A DNA stretch of 13,059 bases from Campylobacterota bacterium (GCA_034717975.1 JAYEMF010000019.1:1-13059), one strand, 5' to 3'; numbered from the stretch's first letter, positions 1-8,833 are shown. Numbers and translations are program-made. The notes: a model not told the origin generated them from the letters alone.

Positions 1-3
1 CTG

Positions 4-1365
4 ATGCAGCAGACAAAGTCGATACGTCTTCTTTATGCCGAAGATAATGCCGAAGCTCGTGAAGAGACACTGGAAGTTTTACATATGTTTTTTGACGATA
101 TCTGTGTTGCACATAATGGAGCCATAGCTTTGGAGCATTACAGGGACAAACGATTTGACCTGATCATTACCGATATCAATATGCCGGTTTTAAATGGTCT
201 TGATCTGATTGCCCGTATCAGAGAAACCGATCGGACTACTCCTATACTTATTGTCTCGGTACATAATGAACGCGAATATCTCAAAAGAGGCATAGGACTT
301 GGCATAAGCGGCTATATTTTAAAACCGATGGAGCTGGTAACATTTCTTGAAACCATTGAATCGAGTGTTGAAAAAATCACATCCATGAAGAAACATGAGC
401 TGGAGAGGGAGGACCTGGAGGAGAAAGTCAGCCTGCAGGAGCAGCAACTGAAAATGGAAGCAGAAGCGCGCGAAGTAGAGCGGCAGCAGCTTACATTACT
501 CCAAAACATGATGGACCAGCAGCAAAATCTTATTATTGTAACCGATGGCCGTCAGATCATACAGGCAAATCAGGCTTTTCTTGACTTTTTTGATGTAGAT
601 ATATTAAAAGAGTTTTTGCAAAAGCATTCATGCATATGTTACTATTTTCTGGAAAAAAATGGGTACTTTTATGTAGATAACATGCAGAACAAAGAAGAGA
701 TCTGGATCGACTCATTTATGCAAGAGAACGAGGAGTCAAGACTGGTCTGCATGCATGAACAAAAGAGTTGTAAAGAGCGGGTATTTACCGTACAGGTCAA
801 CCATCTTGAGAGTATGAGCGATTTTTTTATTGCAACCTTTACCGATATTACAAACATCCATAAAAAATCGCAGGAGAACTATTTTAATGCGACACACGAC
901 ATATTGACAGGTATCTATAACCGTGCTTATTTCAACGATGAACTGCCAAAAATGATTTCACTGGCTAAACGTTACACTGCACCTCTCTCTCTGATACTTT
1001 TTGATATTGACCACTTCAAACAGATTAATGACATGTATGGACACCTGACCGGTGATGAAGTTTTGATACACTTGGTCTCTATTATCAGGCATACGCAGCG
1101 CGAAAGTGATCTTTTTGTGCGTTGGGGCGGCGAAGAGTTTGTAATCGCTCTGCCAAATACGGATCAGGAACAGGCGTGCAGCATGGCAGAGTCAATACGT
1201 AAAAGAGTTATCTCAAATGTGCCTAAACCGCTCGATGCTCTGACGGTCAGTTTCGGTGTCACCTCCTTTCGAAGCGATGATGATGAGCGGGAGTTGTTCC
1301 GTCGGGCTGATGAAGCGCTCTATCGTGCAAAAAGTGAAGGAAGAGATCGTGTGGTATGTCAATGA
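4..1365 (+). CDS. Response-regulator diguanylate cyclase (REC - coiled coil - PAS-like - GGDEF); possibly 5'-partial
   Basis: N-terminal receiver motifs LYAEDN, ITDINMP, IVS and YILKP. PAS-like segment NLIIVTDGRQIIQANQAFLDFF. GGDEF domain with D-x-LTG-x-x-NR, DIDHFKQINDMYGH, intact GGEEF (1126-1140) and RxxD I-site (RESD at 1099). The frame is open at base 1 (CTG) and the paralogs in the window have about 7-9 more N-terminal residues, so the true start may be upstream. Confidence 0.93.
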   Translation: MQQTKSIRLLYAEDNAEAREETLEVLHMFFDDICVAHNGAIALEHYRDKRFDLIITDINMPVLNGLDLIARIRETDRTTPILIVSVHNEREYLKRGIGLGISGYILKPMELVTFLETIESSVEKITSMKKHELEREDLEEKVSLQEQQLKMEAEAREVERQQLTLLQNMMDQQQNLIIVTDGRQIIQANQAFLDFFDVDILKEFLQKHSCICYYFLEKNGYFYVDNMQNKEEIWIDSFMQENEESRLVCMHEQKSCKERVFTVQVNHLESMSDFFIATFTDITNIHKKSQENYFNATHDILTGIYNRAYFNDELPKMISLAKRYTAPLSLILFDIDHFKQINDMYGHLTGDEVLIHLVSIIRHTQRESDLFVRWGGEEFVIALPNTDQEQACSMAESIRKRVISNVPKPLDALTVSFGVTSFRSDDDERELFRRADEALYRAKSEGRDRVVCQ

Positions 1366-4300
1366 TTAAACGCTTGAGTGTCTTTCTTTTACTGCTGCTT
1401 GGCACATTGCTGTATGCCCGTGAGGGGCTGGAAAACATCTCTCTTCAGCTGCAGTGGAAACATCAGTTCCAGTTTGCGGGCTACTATATGGCAAAAGAGA
1501 AAGGCTTCTATAAAGAAGCCGGTCTTGATGTGGAGATTAGAGAGATGAATGAGCTGCGCAGCGTTTCAGATGATGTTGTGCAAGGAAAAGCCACCTACGG
1601 TACCGGAAGAACCTCGCTTATAGTCGAGCGTTCTCAGGGAAAAAAATTAGTAATGCTTGCACCAATATTTCAATCCTCTCCCATTGTTCTCATTGCCAAA
1701 AAGAGTTCCGGCATCAAAAGTATCGAAGATTTTTTTGGCAAACGTTTTACCGGCGGAGCAGACATCGTCAATGATATTTCTCTTATCATGATGCTCAATA
1801 AACAGTCCCTTGAGCAGATAGGTACACTTGTCTCCAACGGCCGGAGTGATATTCAAAATCTTCTTGAAGACAAAGTTGATGCGATGGTCGCTTACCACTC
1901 TAATGAAAGTCATACCTTAAGAACATTGAATGCCAACATTGTAGTCTTCAATCCAAAAGATTACGGCTTTGATTTCTACAGCGATGTGCTTTTTACCAGT
2001 GAAGACGAAGCGGTAGGTCGGCGCCAAAGAACCATCAACTTCAAAAAGGCTTCACTAAAGGGGTGGGAGTATGCTTTTGACCATATTGAAGAGACAGTTG
2101 ATCTGATACTTCACAAATACAATACACAGAACAAGAGCAGAGAAAGCCTGATGAATGAGGCAAGTGTTCTCAGGGAACTGGCTTTTTATAAAACCGATCA
2201 GATCGGAACTATTGACAGAGAAAAAGTATTTACCATTTATGACTATTGCAAGCAGGTAGGTTTGATCGATAAACCTGTTGATTTCAGTGCCTTTATTTTC
2301 AATGGAGATCCAAACAAAAAGACACCCTTTACCAATGAGGAACAGGAGTATCTGGCAGCCAAGAAAGAGATTGTCGTCTGCGGACATGCTGACTGGCTTC
2401 CCTATTGTGGGCGTGATGAAGCAGGTGGTTTCGGCATTCTTCACGACATCTTGAAAGAGCTTGAATCGAGTGTCGGTTTGCCCTTTAGATTTGTTGATGC
2501 AGAAAGTGCAGCTGAATGTGCCTTTATGGTTTTAAACGGAGAGGCTGATGTCATCTCCGCCATGGAGTCTTCCGCAAATACTTTTGAAGGGATCACCCCC
2601 TCAAGAAATATCTTCCAGGACAGTGTTGCACTGGTGACAAAACTTGATAAACCCTATATTGACAACATGTCAGACCACAATGCGCTATCTATCGGTGTTA
2701 TCGGTAAATACAAAAATATCATTGCATACATTAAAAAAGAGTATCCACTGTTAAAGGTCAAAGAGGTCGCATCAACAGAAGATGGCATGAAACAGGTAGC
2801 TGACGGTGAACTTGACGGTTATATCGATATTTATCGGGTTGCAGCCTTTGCCATTAACAATGACTATACGGGTGAACTTAAAATCAATACAAAAATCAAC
2901 CATCTTGTACTCAAAGGTGCCATGGGAATTTCAAGTAACGATATCACCCTGAGAGATATTCTCAATAAAGCGATTGCGTCACTCACATCAGAAAAAGTGA
3001 CAAAAATTATTGGCAGCTGGATGAGAACGAGAAAAGTAAGTGAAACTGATTATCGTCCCATATTACAATTGATGAGTGTCACCTTGTTGATTATTTTGGG
3101 ATTTCTTTATCGTCAGCGTTTTTTAAAACGTCACAATAAACTATTGCTGGAAGCAAACAGCCGTATCGTAATGCAACAGGAGAAAATAAAAGAGCAGAAA
3201 AAGATCTATGAGCTGATCTTTGAGAGTGCAATGGATGGTATTCTTATTTTAGATGATGGAAAGTTTACCGACTGTAATGATGCTATTGTAAAGATGCTTA
3301 AGTATAAAAGCAAAGAGGATATTTTAAATGTGAGTCCGGCAGCGCTATCTCCAGAGTTTCAGCCTGATGGCAGGCGTTCATCTGAAAAAGCTGATGAGAT
3401 GATGACGTTAGCATATGAAAAAAGAGGGCACCGATTTGAGTGGCTACATACAAAAGCATCCGGTGAAGACTTTTGGGCAGAGATCACTTTAACGCCTTTA
3501 CGTATAAATGATAAAGAGATCCTTCATGTTCTCTGGAGAGAGATATCCGAGCAAAAAGAGCTGGAACTTCAAAACAGTTATCTCAAAGAGCGTATGGAGT
3601 TGGCATTTGACGGAAGCCGTGACGGCCTTTGGGACTGGAACCTCATAGACAACAGCGTCTATTTCTCACCTCGCTGGAAAGAGATGCTGGGTTACAAGGA
3701 TGATGAGCTTGAAAACAGTTTTGAAGCATGGAAATCCCGGGTTCACCCGGATGATCTGGAAGAGGCAATGGAAGATATTGAATTAAATCTCGATGCTACA
3801 AAAGATATTTATGAAAACAAACATCGCCTTCGTCATAAAGACGGTCACTGGGTATGGATCTACGATCGGGGAAAAGTACAGTTTGATGTAGATGGAAAAC
3901 CAATTCGAATGATCGGTACCCATACGGATCTGACTACCGAGATCAATCTGGCCAACGAGCTTAGTGAACTGAACGAGCATCTTGAAGAGCGAATTGAACT
4001 TGCTTTGAGAAACCTGCATCAAAAAGATCAGATGCTTTTTCAGCAGTCACGACTTGCCCTGATGGGGGAGATGTTGAGCATGATCGCCCATCAGTGGCGC
4101 CAACCACTTGCCGCTATCAGTGCGGCTGCGGGAACACTCACACTTAAAAATACGCTCAACCGGTATGAAAAAGAGTTCTTTGACACAAAGCTAAAAAATA
4201 TTACAGGCTATGCTCAACATCTCAGTGAGACGATCAATGACTTTAGAAATTTTTTCAAAGAGGAAAAAGTGATGCAGGTGACAACGGTTGAAGAGATCGT

Positions 4301-4736
4301 TAAAGGTGCATTAACGATTGTTGAACCTACGGTTGAGAGTAAAGGCATTGCATTGGACTATGACTATAAATGTAATAGCCACCATAAAATAAAGACCTAT
4401 TCGAATGAATTCAAACAGGTCATTATCAATCTTCTTAAAAACTCGGAAGAGGCTTTAGGGGAAAAAGAGATCACTGATCCACGGATCATGATTAAGAGCT
4501 ACCCTGGAAATCATATCTGTACTCTTGAGATAAGGGATAATGCCGGCGGTATACCAGAGAGTATCATCGATAAAATTTTTGATCCCTATTTTACGACAAA
4601 AAAGAGAGACGGTACGGGACTTGGTCTCTATATGAGCAAAATGATAATTGAAGAGCACTGTAAGGGCAAATTGAGTGTCCGTAATGAAGAGGAAGGTGCT
4701 CTGTTTACCATCGAGGTTCCACGTGAAATCTATTGA
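1362..4736 (+). CDS. Membrane sensor histidine kinase: signal peptide, NMT1/THI5-like binding domain, BvgS/EvgS-like (SBP family 3) binding domain, TM, two PAS, HisKA, HATPase_c
   Basis: Signal peptide MIKRLSVFLLLLLGTLLYA. NMT1/THI5 signature LQLQWKHQFQFAGYYMAKEKGFYKEAGLDVEI. Second binding domain begins FTNEEQEYLAAKKEIVVCGHADWLPY. TM at about 3057-3110. PAS_3 motifs WDWN..VYFSPRWKEMLGY..VHPDD..RHKDGHWVW. H-box IAHQWRQPL, N-box QVIINLLKNS, G1 DNAGG, F-box FDPYFTTK, G2 GTGLGL. Start 1362 is preferred over 1356 because it gives an ATGA overlap with the upstream stop. Confidence 0.92.
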   Translation: MIKRLSVFLLLLLGTLLYAREGLENISLQLQWKHQFQFAGYYMAKEKGFYKEAGLDVEIREMNELRSVSDDVVQGKATYGTGRTSLIVERSQGKKLVMLAPIFQSSPIVLIAKKSSGIKSIEDFFGKRFTGGADIVNDISLIMMLNKQSLEQIGTLVSNGRSDIQNLLEDKVDAMVAYHSNESHTLRTLNANIVVFNPKDYGFDFYSDVLFTSEDEAVGRRQRTINFKKASLKGWEYAFDHIEETVDLILHKYNTQNKSRESLMNEASVLRELAFYKTDQIGTIDREKVFTIYDYCKQVGLIDKPVDFSAFIFNGDPNKKTPFTNEEQEYLAAKKEIVVCGHADWLPYCGRDEAGGFGILHDILKELESSVGLPFRFVDAESAAECAFMVLNGEADVISAMESSANTFEGITPSRNIFQDSVALVTKLDKPYIDNMSDHNALSIGVIGKYKNIIAYIKKEYPLLKVKEVASTEDGMKQVADGELDGYIDIYRVAAFAINNDYTGELKINTKINHLVLKGAMGISSNDITLRDILNKAIASLTSEKVTKIIGSWMRTRKVSETDYRPILQLMSVTLLIILGFLYRQRFLKRHNKLLLEANSRIVMQQEKIKEQKKIYELIFESAMDGILILDDGKFTDCNDAIVKMLKYKSKEDILNVSPAALSPEFQPDGRRSSEKADEMMTLAYEKRGHRFEWLHTKASGEDFWAEITLTPLRINDKEILHVLWREISEQKELELQNSYLKERMELAFDGSRDGLWDWNLIDNSVYFSPRWKEMLGYKDDELENSFEAWKSRVHPDDLEEAMEDIELNLDATKDIYENKHRLRHKDGHWVWIYDRGKVQFDVDGKPIRMIGTHTDLTTEINLANELSELNEHLEERIELALRNLHQKDQMLFQQSRLALMGEMLSMIAHQWRQPLAAISAAAGTLTLKNTLNRYEKEFFDTKLKNITGYAQHLSETINDFRNFFKEEKVMQVTTVEEIVKGALTIVEPTVESKGIALDYDYKCNSHHKIKTYSNEFKQVIINLLKNSEEALGEKEITDPRIMIKSYPGNHICTLEIRDNAGGIPESIIDKIFDPYFTTKKRDGTGLGLYMSKMIIEEHCKGKLSVRNEEEGALFTIEVPREIY

Positions 4737-5910
4737 GACACTGATCAGCCAGACAAAGAGACTCTCTGTACTCTATGTTGAAGACAATGAACAGGCGCGT
4801 ATGGAGACGGTTGAGATACTGCGTCTCTTTTTTGAACAGACCGTGACTGCTGTTGACGGCAAAGAGGGAGCAGAAAAATTTGCCGCGGGAGATTATGATC
4901 TGATCTTCACCGATATCAATATGCCAAAGCTGGACGGACTGGGTATGATCACAAAGATCAGAGAGGTCAATGATGATGTACCGATTGTCATTGTCTCTGC
5001 CTATGATGAGACGGATTATTTTATCAGCAGTATCAAACTGGGGGTCGAAGCCTATCTGTTAAAGCCATTTACCTTAGAAGACCTACTTGGTGTCATTGAG
5101 AAGGTGACAGAAAAGATTGTCATAAAACACGAACTGGCTCTCTGTAACAGCACCCTTGAAGAGAGAGTCAGGGAGCAGGTCGATCAGATAAGCAGACAAA
5201 ATGAGTACATTGCCCAGCAGGCCAGGCTGGCGGGTATGGGAGAGATGATCAGCAATATCGCCCATCAATGGCGTCAGCCTCTCAACAGGATCAATTCCAA
5301 TATCGCTGTCATTAGCACTATGCTTAAAACCGAGCATATTGATCGTGCAATACTTGAGTCCAAAATTAAAAATGTCAAACAAAATACCAAATATATGTCG
5401 GATACGATTGAAGATTTTGCCAACTTTTTCCACCCGGAAAAGAGAGAGACACGATTTTCGATTCTGGAATCTGTGAAAGGGTCGTTGAAACTGATTGAGT
5501 CCCGTCTTAGAGGGATTGACGTCAAGATTAAAGCTGATGAAGATATTACTGTTTTATCTTTTGAGAAAGAGTATCGACAGGTCATACTGGCCATTATGAA
5601 CAACGCCATTGACAACTTTGAAGCCAAAGCGACAGAAAAACCGGAGATCGAGATCACTATTAAAGATCATACAGATACGGCTTACCTCTGTATTCACGAT
5701 AATGGCGGCGGGATAGAAGCTGAAGATGCCAGCCGTGTATTTGAACCCTACTACACCACAAAGTTTGCCAATGAAGGGAGAGGCCTTGGATTATACATGG
5801 CGAAAATGCTTGTCGAGAGCAGTATGCGAGGTCAACTACAGGTGAGAAATATAAATGACGGTGCCTGTTTTGAGATTGAAATTTCCAAAAAGGCTGGTGA
5901 TGAAGGGTAA
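4723..5910 (+). CDS. Cytoplasmic hybrid histidine kinase with N-terminal receiver (REC-HisKA-HATPase_c)
   Basis: Receiver motifs LYVEDN, FTDINMP, VSAYDE and YLLKP. Kinase motifs IAHQWRQPL, DNGGG, FEPYYTTK and GRGLGL. No TM segment. GTG start at 4723 is chosen from the SD-like GAGGT at 4713-4717 and alignment of (M)KSIETLISQTKRL with the paralog MTNIENVIKHSQPL. Confidence 0.92.
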   Translation: MKSIETLISQTKRLSVLYVEDNEQARMETVEILRLFFEQTVTAVDGKEGAEKFAAGDYDLIFTDINMPKLDGLGMITKIREVNDDVPIVIVSAYDETDYFISSIKLGVEAYLLKPFTLEDLLGVIEKVTEKIVIKHELALCNSTLEERVREQVDQISRQNEYIAQQARLAGMGEMISNIAHQWRQPLNRINSNIAVISTMLKTEHIDRAILESKIKNVKQNTKYMSDTIEDFANFFHPEKRETRFSILESVKGSLKLIESRLRGIDVKIKADEDITVLSFEKEYRQVILAIMNNAIDNFEAKATEKPEIEITIKDHTDTAYLCIHDNGGGIEAEDASRVFEPYYTTKFANEGRGLGLYMAKMLVESSMRGQLQVRNINDGACFEIEISKKAGDEG

Positions 5911-6589
5911 AACACTTCTTTATGCCGAGGATGATCAGGAGACCAGAGAAAACTATACCTATGTGCTTAAAACACTTTTTGAGACGGTCTATACAGCTGC
6001 TGATGGCAATGAAGCGCTTAAAATCTATACAGATAAAGCGCCTGACATTCTTCTGTTCGATATAAGTATGCCAGGCCTGGATGGTCTTGAAGCTGTCAGA
6101 ATGATTCGAGAAGACGACCAGAGTACCCCTATTGTTATGCTGAGTGCACACTCGGAAAGGGAGAGGCTGCTGAGCGCTGTAAACCTTAAACTCGAGGCCT
6201 ATCTCCTAAAGCCCATCGATGATAATCTTCTGTTAGGTACTCTGAAAAAAATCATTGAACACATAAGCAGTGATAAAAGAGTGTACCTCGATCAAGGGTT
6301 GGCATGGGATGAAGCAAACCGTCTGCTTTTGGATGAAGAGACACCCGTCAAACTGACCAAAAAAGAGATCATGCTTATGGAACTGCTGGGAAGCAACCCG
6401 GGAAATTATGTTTCACGCCATAACATAGTCCTCTATGTCTGGAGTGATGAAGTGCCTGATGAAACACATGATCACAAAGTGACCCAGCTTGTTTATCGAC
6501 TGAATGCGAAAATCGCTGCCAGGGGAGACCATAATGAACCGTTTATTGAAAACGGGTATGCACGTGGTTATCGGCTGAAAACAGTGTAA
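5900..6589 (+). CDS. OmpR/PhoB-family DNA-binding response regulator (REC + winged helix)
   Basis: Receiver motifs LYAEDD, LFDISMPGLDG, MLSAH and YLLKP. Trans_reg_C-like C-terminus KLTKKE..LL...VSR..I...VW...LVYRL..KI...IENGYARGYRL. Start is ATG 5900 (or GTG 5897), overlapping the upstream stop at 5908-5910. Confidence 0.92.
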   Translation: MKGKTLLYAEDDQETRENYTYVLKTLFETVYTAADGNEALKIYTDKAPDILLFDISMPGLDGLEAVRMIREDDQSTPIVMLSAHSERERLLSAVNLKLEAYLLKPIDDNLLLGTLKKIIEHISSDKRVYLDQGLAWDEANRLLLDEETPVKLTKKEIMLMELLGSNPGNYVSRHNIVLYVWSDEVPDETHDHKVTQLVYRLNAKIAARGDHNEPFIENGYARGYRLKTV

Positions 6590-6629
6590 CAATCAATGTT
6601 ACATTTTACATATATTGTTCTTATAGAAT
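6585..6629 (+). promoter_or_regulatory. Candidate regulator-binding palindrome TGTAACA-N5-TGTTACA with a downstream -10-like hexamer
   Basis: Perfect 7-bp inverted repeat at 6585-6591 and 6597-6603, a related heptamer TTTTACA at 6604-6610, and TAGAAT at 6624-6629 in the AT-rich gap before the 92-aa ORF. Function is inferred. Confidence 0.4.
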
Positions 6630-6676
6630 TAGATGGTTTAACAAAAAAAACTGACTTCTTTAGATTGGGAGTATAG

Positions 6677-6955
6677 ATGAGAAAAGATGTAATTTTGAAT
6701 ACACTGATTAGGCCAAAGCCTCTGTTTCGTTCCTACAAAGAACATGTGAAAAAAACTGCAGATATATTGACTCAGAGGATTCGGGTTACATCGGATGAAG
6801 AACGATTTCATCTTTATTGGAAATTCTCAGATGATACCGACTGCAAGAAAACACAATTTGTAAATGAGGTTGCAAAGAGGCTGTCCAGTCAGTTCACGTC
6901 GATCATTCCAACTATACACCATGATGAACCAATGAAAATTATTTTTAAGAAATAG
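6677..6955 (+). CDS. Hypothetical protein, 92 aa, soluble and basic
   Basis: ATG preceded by SD GGGAG (6667-6671). It fills the gap between two clear genes on the same strand. I recognise no family motif. Confidence 0.7.
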   Translation: MRKDVILNTLIRPKPLFRSYKEHVKKTADILTQRIRVTSDEERFHLYWKFSDDTDCKKTQFVNEVAKRLSSQFTSIIPTIHHDEPMKIIFKK

Positions 6956-6961
6956 AAACCT

Positions 6962-6984
6962 CTGGTTTTAAAAAAGCCAGCTTT
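6962..6984 (+). terminator. Possible weak intrinsic terminator or hairpin after the 92-aa ORF
   Basis: CTGGTTTT-AAA-AAAGCCAG (6962-6980; 8-bp stem with one G-U pair) followed by only CTTT, so the U-tract is short. Confidence 0.25.
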
Positions 6985-7084
6985 CGCAAGAGCTCTAACA
7001 ATAAAGGGCACCTCTAAAAATATTGAACTCAAAAACAGGGGCACTGTTTGCCATAAAACTGTCGTTGGATTCCAAGGAGAGAAC

Positions 7085-8833
7085 ATGAGCGAAGACAAGA
7101 TTGAGCAACTGCTGAAGTTCAGCAACCCTTTAAAAGTACTCTATGTCGAAGACAATGAAGAGTCAAGAGTATCGACATCGGGGATGCTGGAGAATTTCTT
7201 TGGGCAGATCAGCGTAGCGATCGATGGACGCGACGGATGGGAAAAATTCCGGCAGGAGAACTTTGATCTGATAATAAGTGATATCAATATGCCGCAGATG
7301 AACGGAATAGAGATGGTCAATAAAATACGGGAACTCAACAGCGATATTCCTATTTTAATTCTCTCGGCCTATAACGAATCCGAATATTTTATGGATACGA
7401 TCCGTATGGGCATAGATGGATACCTGCTCAAGCCCATCGAATTTGAACAGTTTGTTGAGAGCATCCGCAAAATAGTCGAAAAAATACGGCTTAAAAAAGA
7501 GAATGAAGATTATCAGGAGAACCTGAAATCAAGAGTGAAAGAGAAGACAGACGAACTGAAATATCTTTACTACCATGATGCATTGACCGGTTTGCAGAAC
7601 CGGACTGCACTGCTCGAGAATATTGATCATTTCCAGGCGAGTGGATTGTCACTGATCGATCTAAACAGGTTCTCAGCCATCAATGATATTTATGGTGCAG
7701 AAATTGGTGATAAGATACTGGTCGGTGTAGCAAAGGTGTTAGCCGAGATTGCCGATGGCGAGTGTTCTGTACATCGAATTTCCGGTGATCAGTTTGTCTA
7801 CCTCAATACCAAATGCTATGACCTGGCATTTTGCATACAAAAAGCCAACGAAGTTATAGAAACAATTAAATCAACGGCAATTAAAATAGATGTCAACGGT
7901 TCTGAGATCGAGGTTAACCTCTCCGTTACCATAGCCGTTGCAAACGACATGGAAGGCAGCAAGTTTCTGGGGTGTGCCGATATGGCACTCAATTATGCTA
8001 AAAAAACATATCAGCCTCTGGTGGTCTATTCGGAAGGTCTCGGTCTTGAAAAGCACTATGTAGATGATCTCAAAGCTGTAAGCGTGGTAAAAGAGGCACT
8101 GAAAGAAGATAGACTGGTACCATTTTTTCAGCCGATCATCAAAGAGGACGGCATAACCTATGAGTGCCTGGCCCGTATTCTTGATGATGGGAAGGTCATA
8201 TCACCGTTTTTCTTCATCGATTCCATTAAAAACACACCTTATTATCATGAACTGACAAAAATGATGATCAGAAAATCGATCGATGTTTTCAGAGACAGGC
8301 CGGAATCTTTTTCGCTAAACCTCTCGTTTGAAGATATATCAAACAAGAAGATCGTCATGTTTATAAAAGAGCAGTTGGCGGCCACAGACATTGCCAAGCG
8401 CCTGATTCTTGAAATTCTCGAAACCGAGGATATAGAGGACTTTAGCGTTGTAAGAGATTTTATTGTACAGATGAAAGCATTGGGGGTGAAGGTCGCTCTC
8501 GATGATTTTGGAAGCGGTTATTCAAACTTCTCACACCTCATTGAGCTAAAACCGGATTATATAAAAATCGACGGTTCACTTATTAAAAATATAGACAAAG
8601 ACATAAATTCTCATATCCTTTCAAAAGCTATTGTGAACTTTTCAAAAGAGATGGGCATCAAGGTGATCGCAGAGTATGTGCACAGCGAAAGTGTTTATGA
8701 AAAAGTAAAAGAGCTTGATGTATACGGCTGTCAAGGTTACTTTTTTAGTGAACCACTGGATGTACTTGAACCTGTGCAATACAAAAAAGAGGAACTGTGC
8801 GGAGGGAGAGAACCTGCTCTTATTGAGACATGA
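7085..8833 (+). CDS. Response-regulator c-di-GMP phosphodiesterase (REC - degenerate GGDEF - EAL)
   Basis: SD AAGGAG at 7074-7079. Receiver motifs LYVEDN, ISDINMP, LSAYNE and YLLKP. GGDEF-like domain HDALTGLQNR with degenerate SGDQF (7781-7795). EAL domain PFFQPI, ECLAR (8162-8176), SLNLS, LEILE, DDFGSGYSN, KIDGS, AEYV and QGY. Confidence 0.93.
   Translation: MSEDKIEQLLKFSNPLKVLYVEDNEESRVSTSGMLENFFGQISVAIDGRDGWEKFRQENFDLIISDINMPQMNGIEMVNKIRELNSDIPILILSAYNESEYFMDTIRMGIDGYLLKPIEFEQFVESIRKIVEKIRLKKENEDYQENLKSRVKEKTDELKYLYYHDALTGLQNRTALLENIDHFQASGLSLIDLNRFSAINDIYGAEIGDKILVGVAKVLAEIADGECSVHRISGDQFVYLNTKCYDLAFCIQKANEVIETIKSTAIKIDVNGSEIEVNLSVTIAVANDMEGSKFLGCADMALNYAKKTYQPLVVYSEGLGLEKHYVDDLKAVSVVKEALKEDRLVPFFQPIIKEDGITYECLARILDDGKVISPFFFIDSIKNTPYYHELTKMMIRKSIDVFRDRPESFSLNLSFEDISNKKIVMFIKEQLAATDIAKRLILEILETEDIEDFSVVRDFIVQMKALGVKVALDDFGSGYSNFSHLIELKPDYIKIDGSLIKNIDKDINSHILSKAIVNFSKEMGIKVIAEYVHSESVYEKVKELDVYGCQGYFFSEPLDVLEPVQYKKEELCGGREPALIET

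Noticed and set aside
4675..5899. Longer starts at 4675 and 5855 given in the ORF track
   Set aside because: They create long overlaps and N-terminal extensions absent from the paralogs. Starts at 4723 and 5900 fit the SD position and receiver alignment better.
6950..7084. c-di-GMP riboswitch (class I or II) upstream of the EAL gene
   Set aside because: TAGAAAC and GGGCAC recall class II elements, but the complementary GTGCAACC pseudoknot segment is missing. The class I GGCAAACC...GAAA...GGGACGCAAAGC pattern is also absent.
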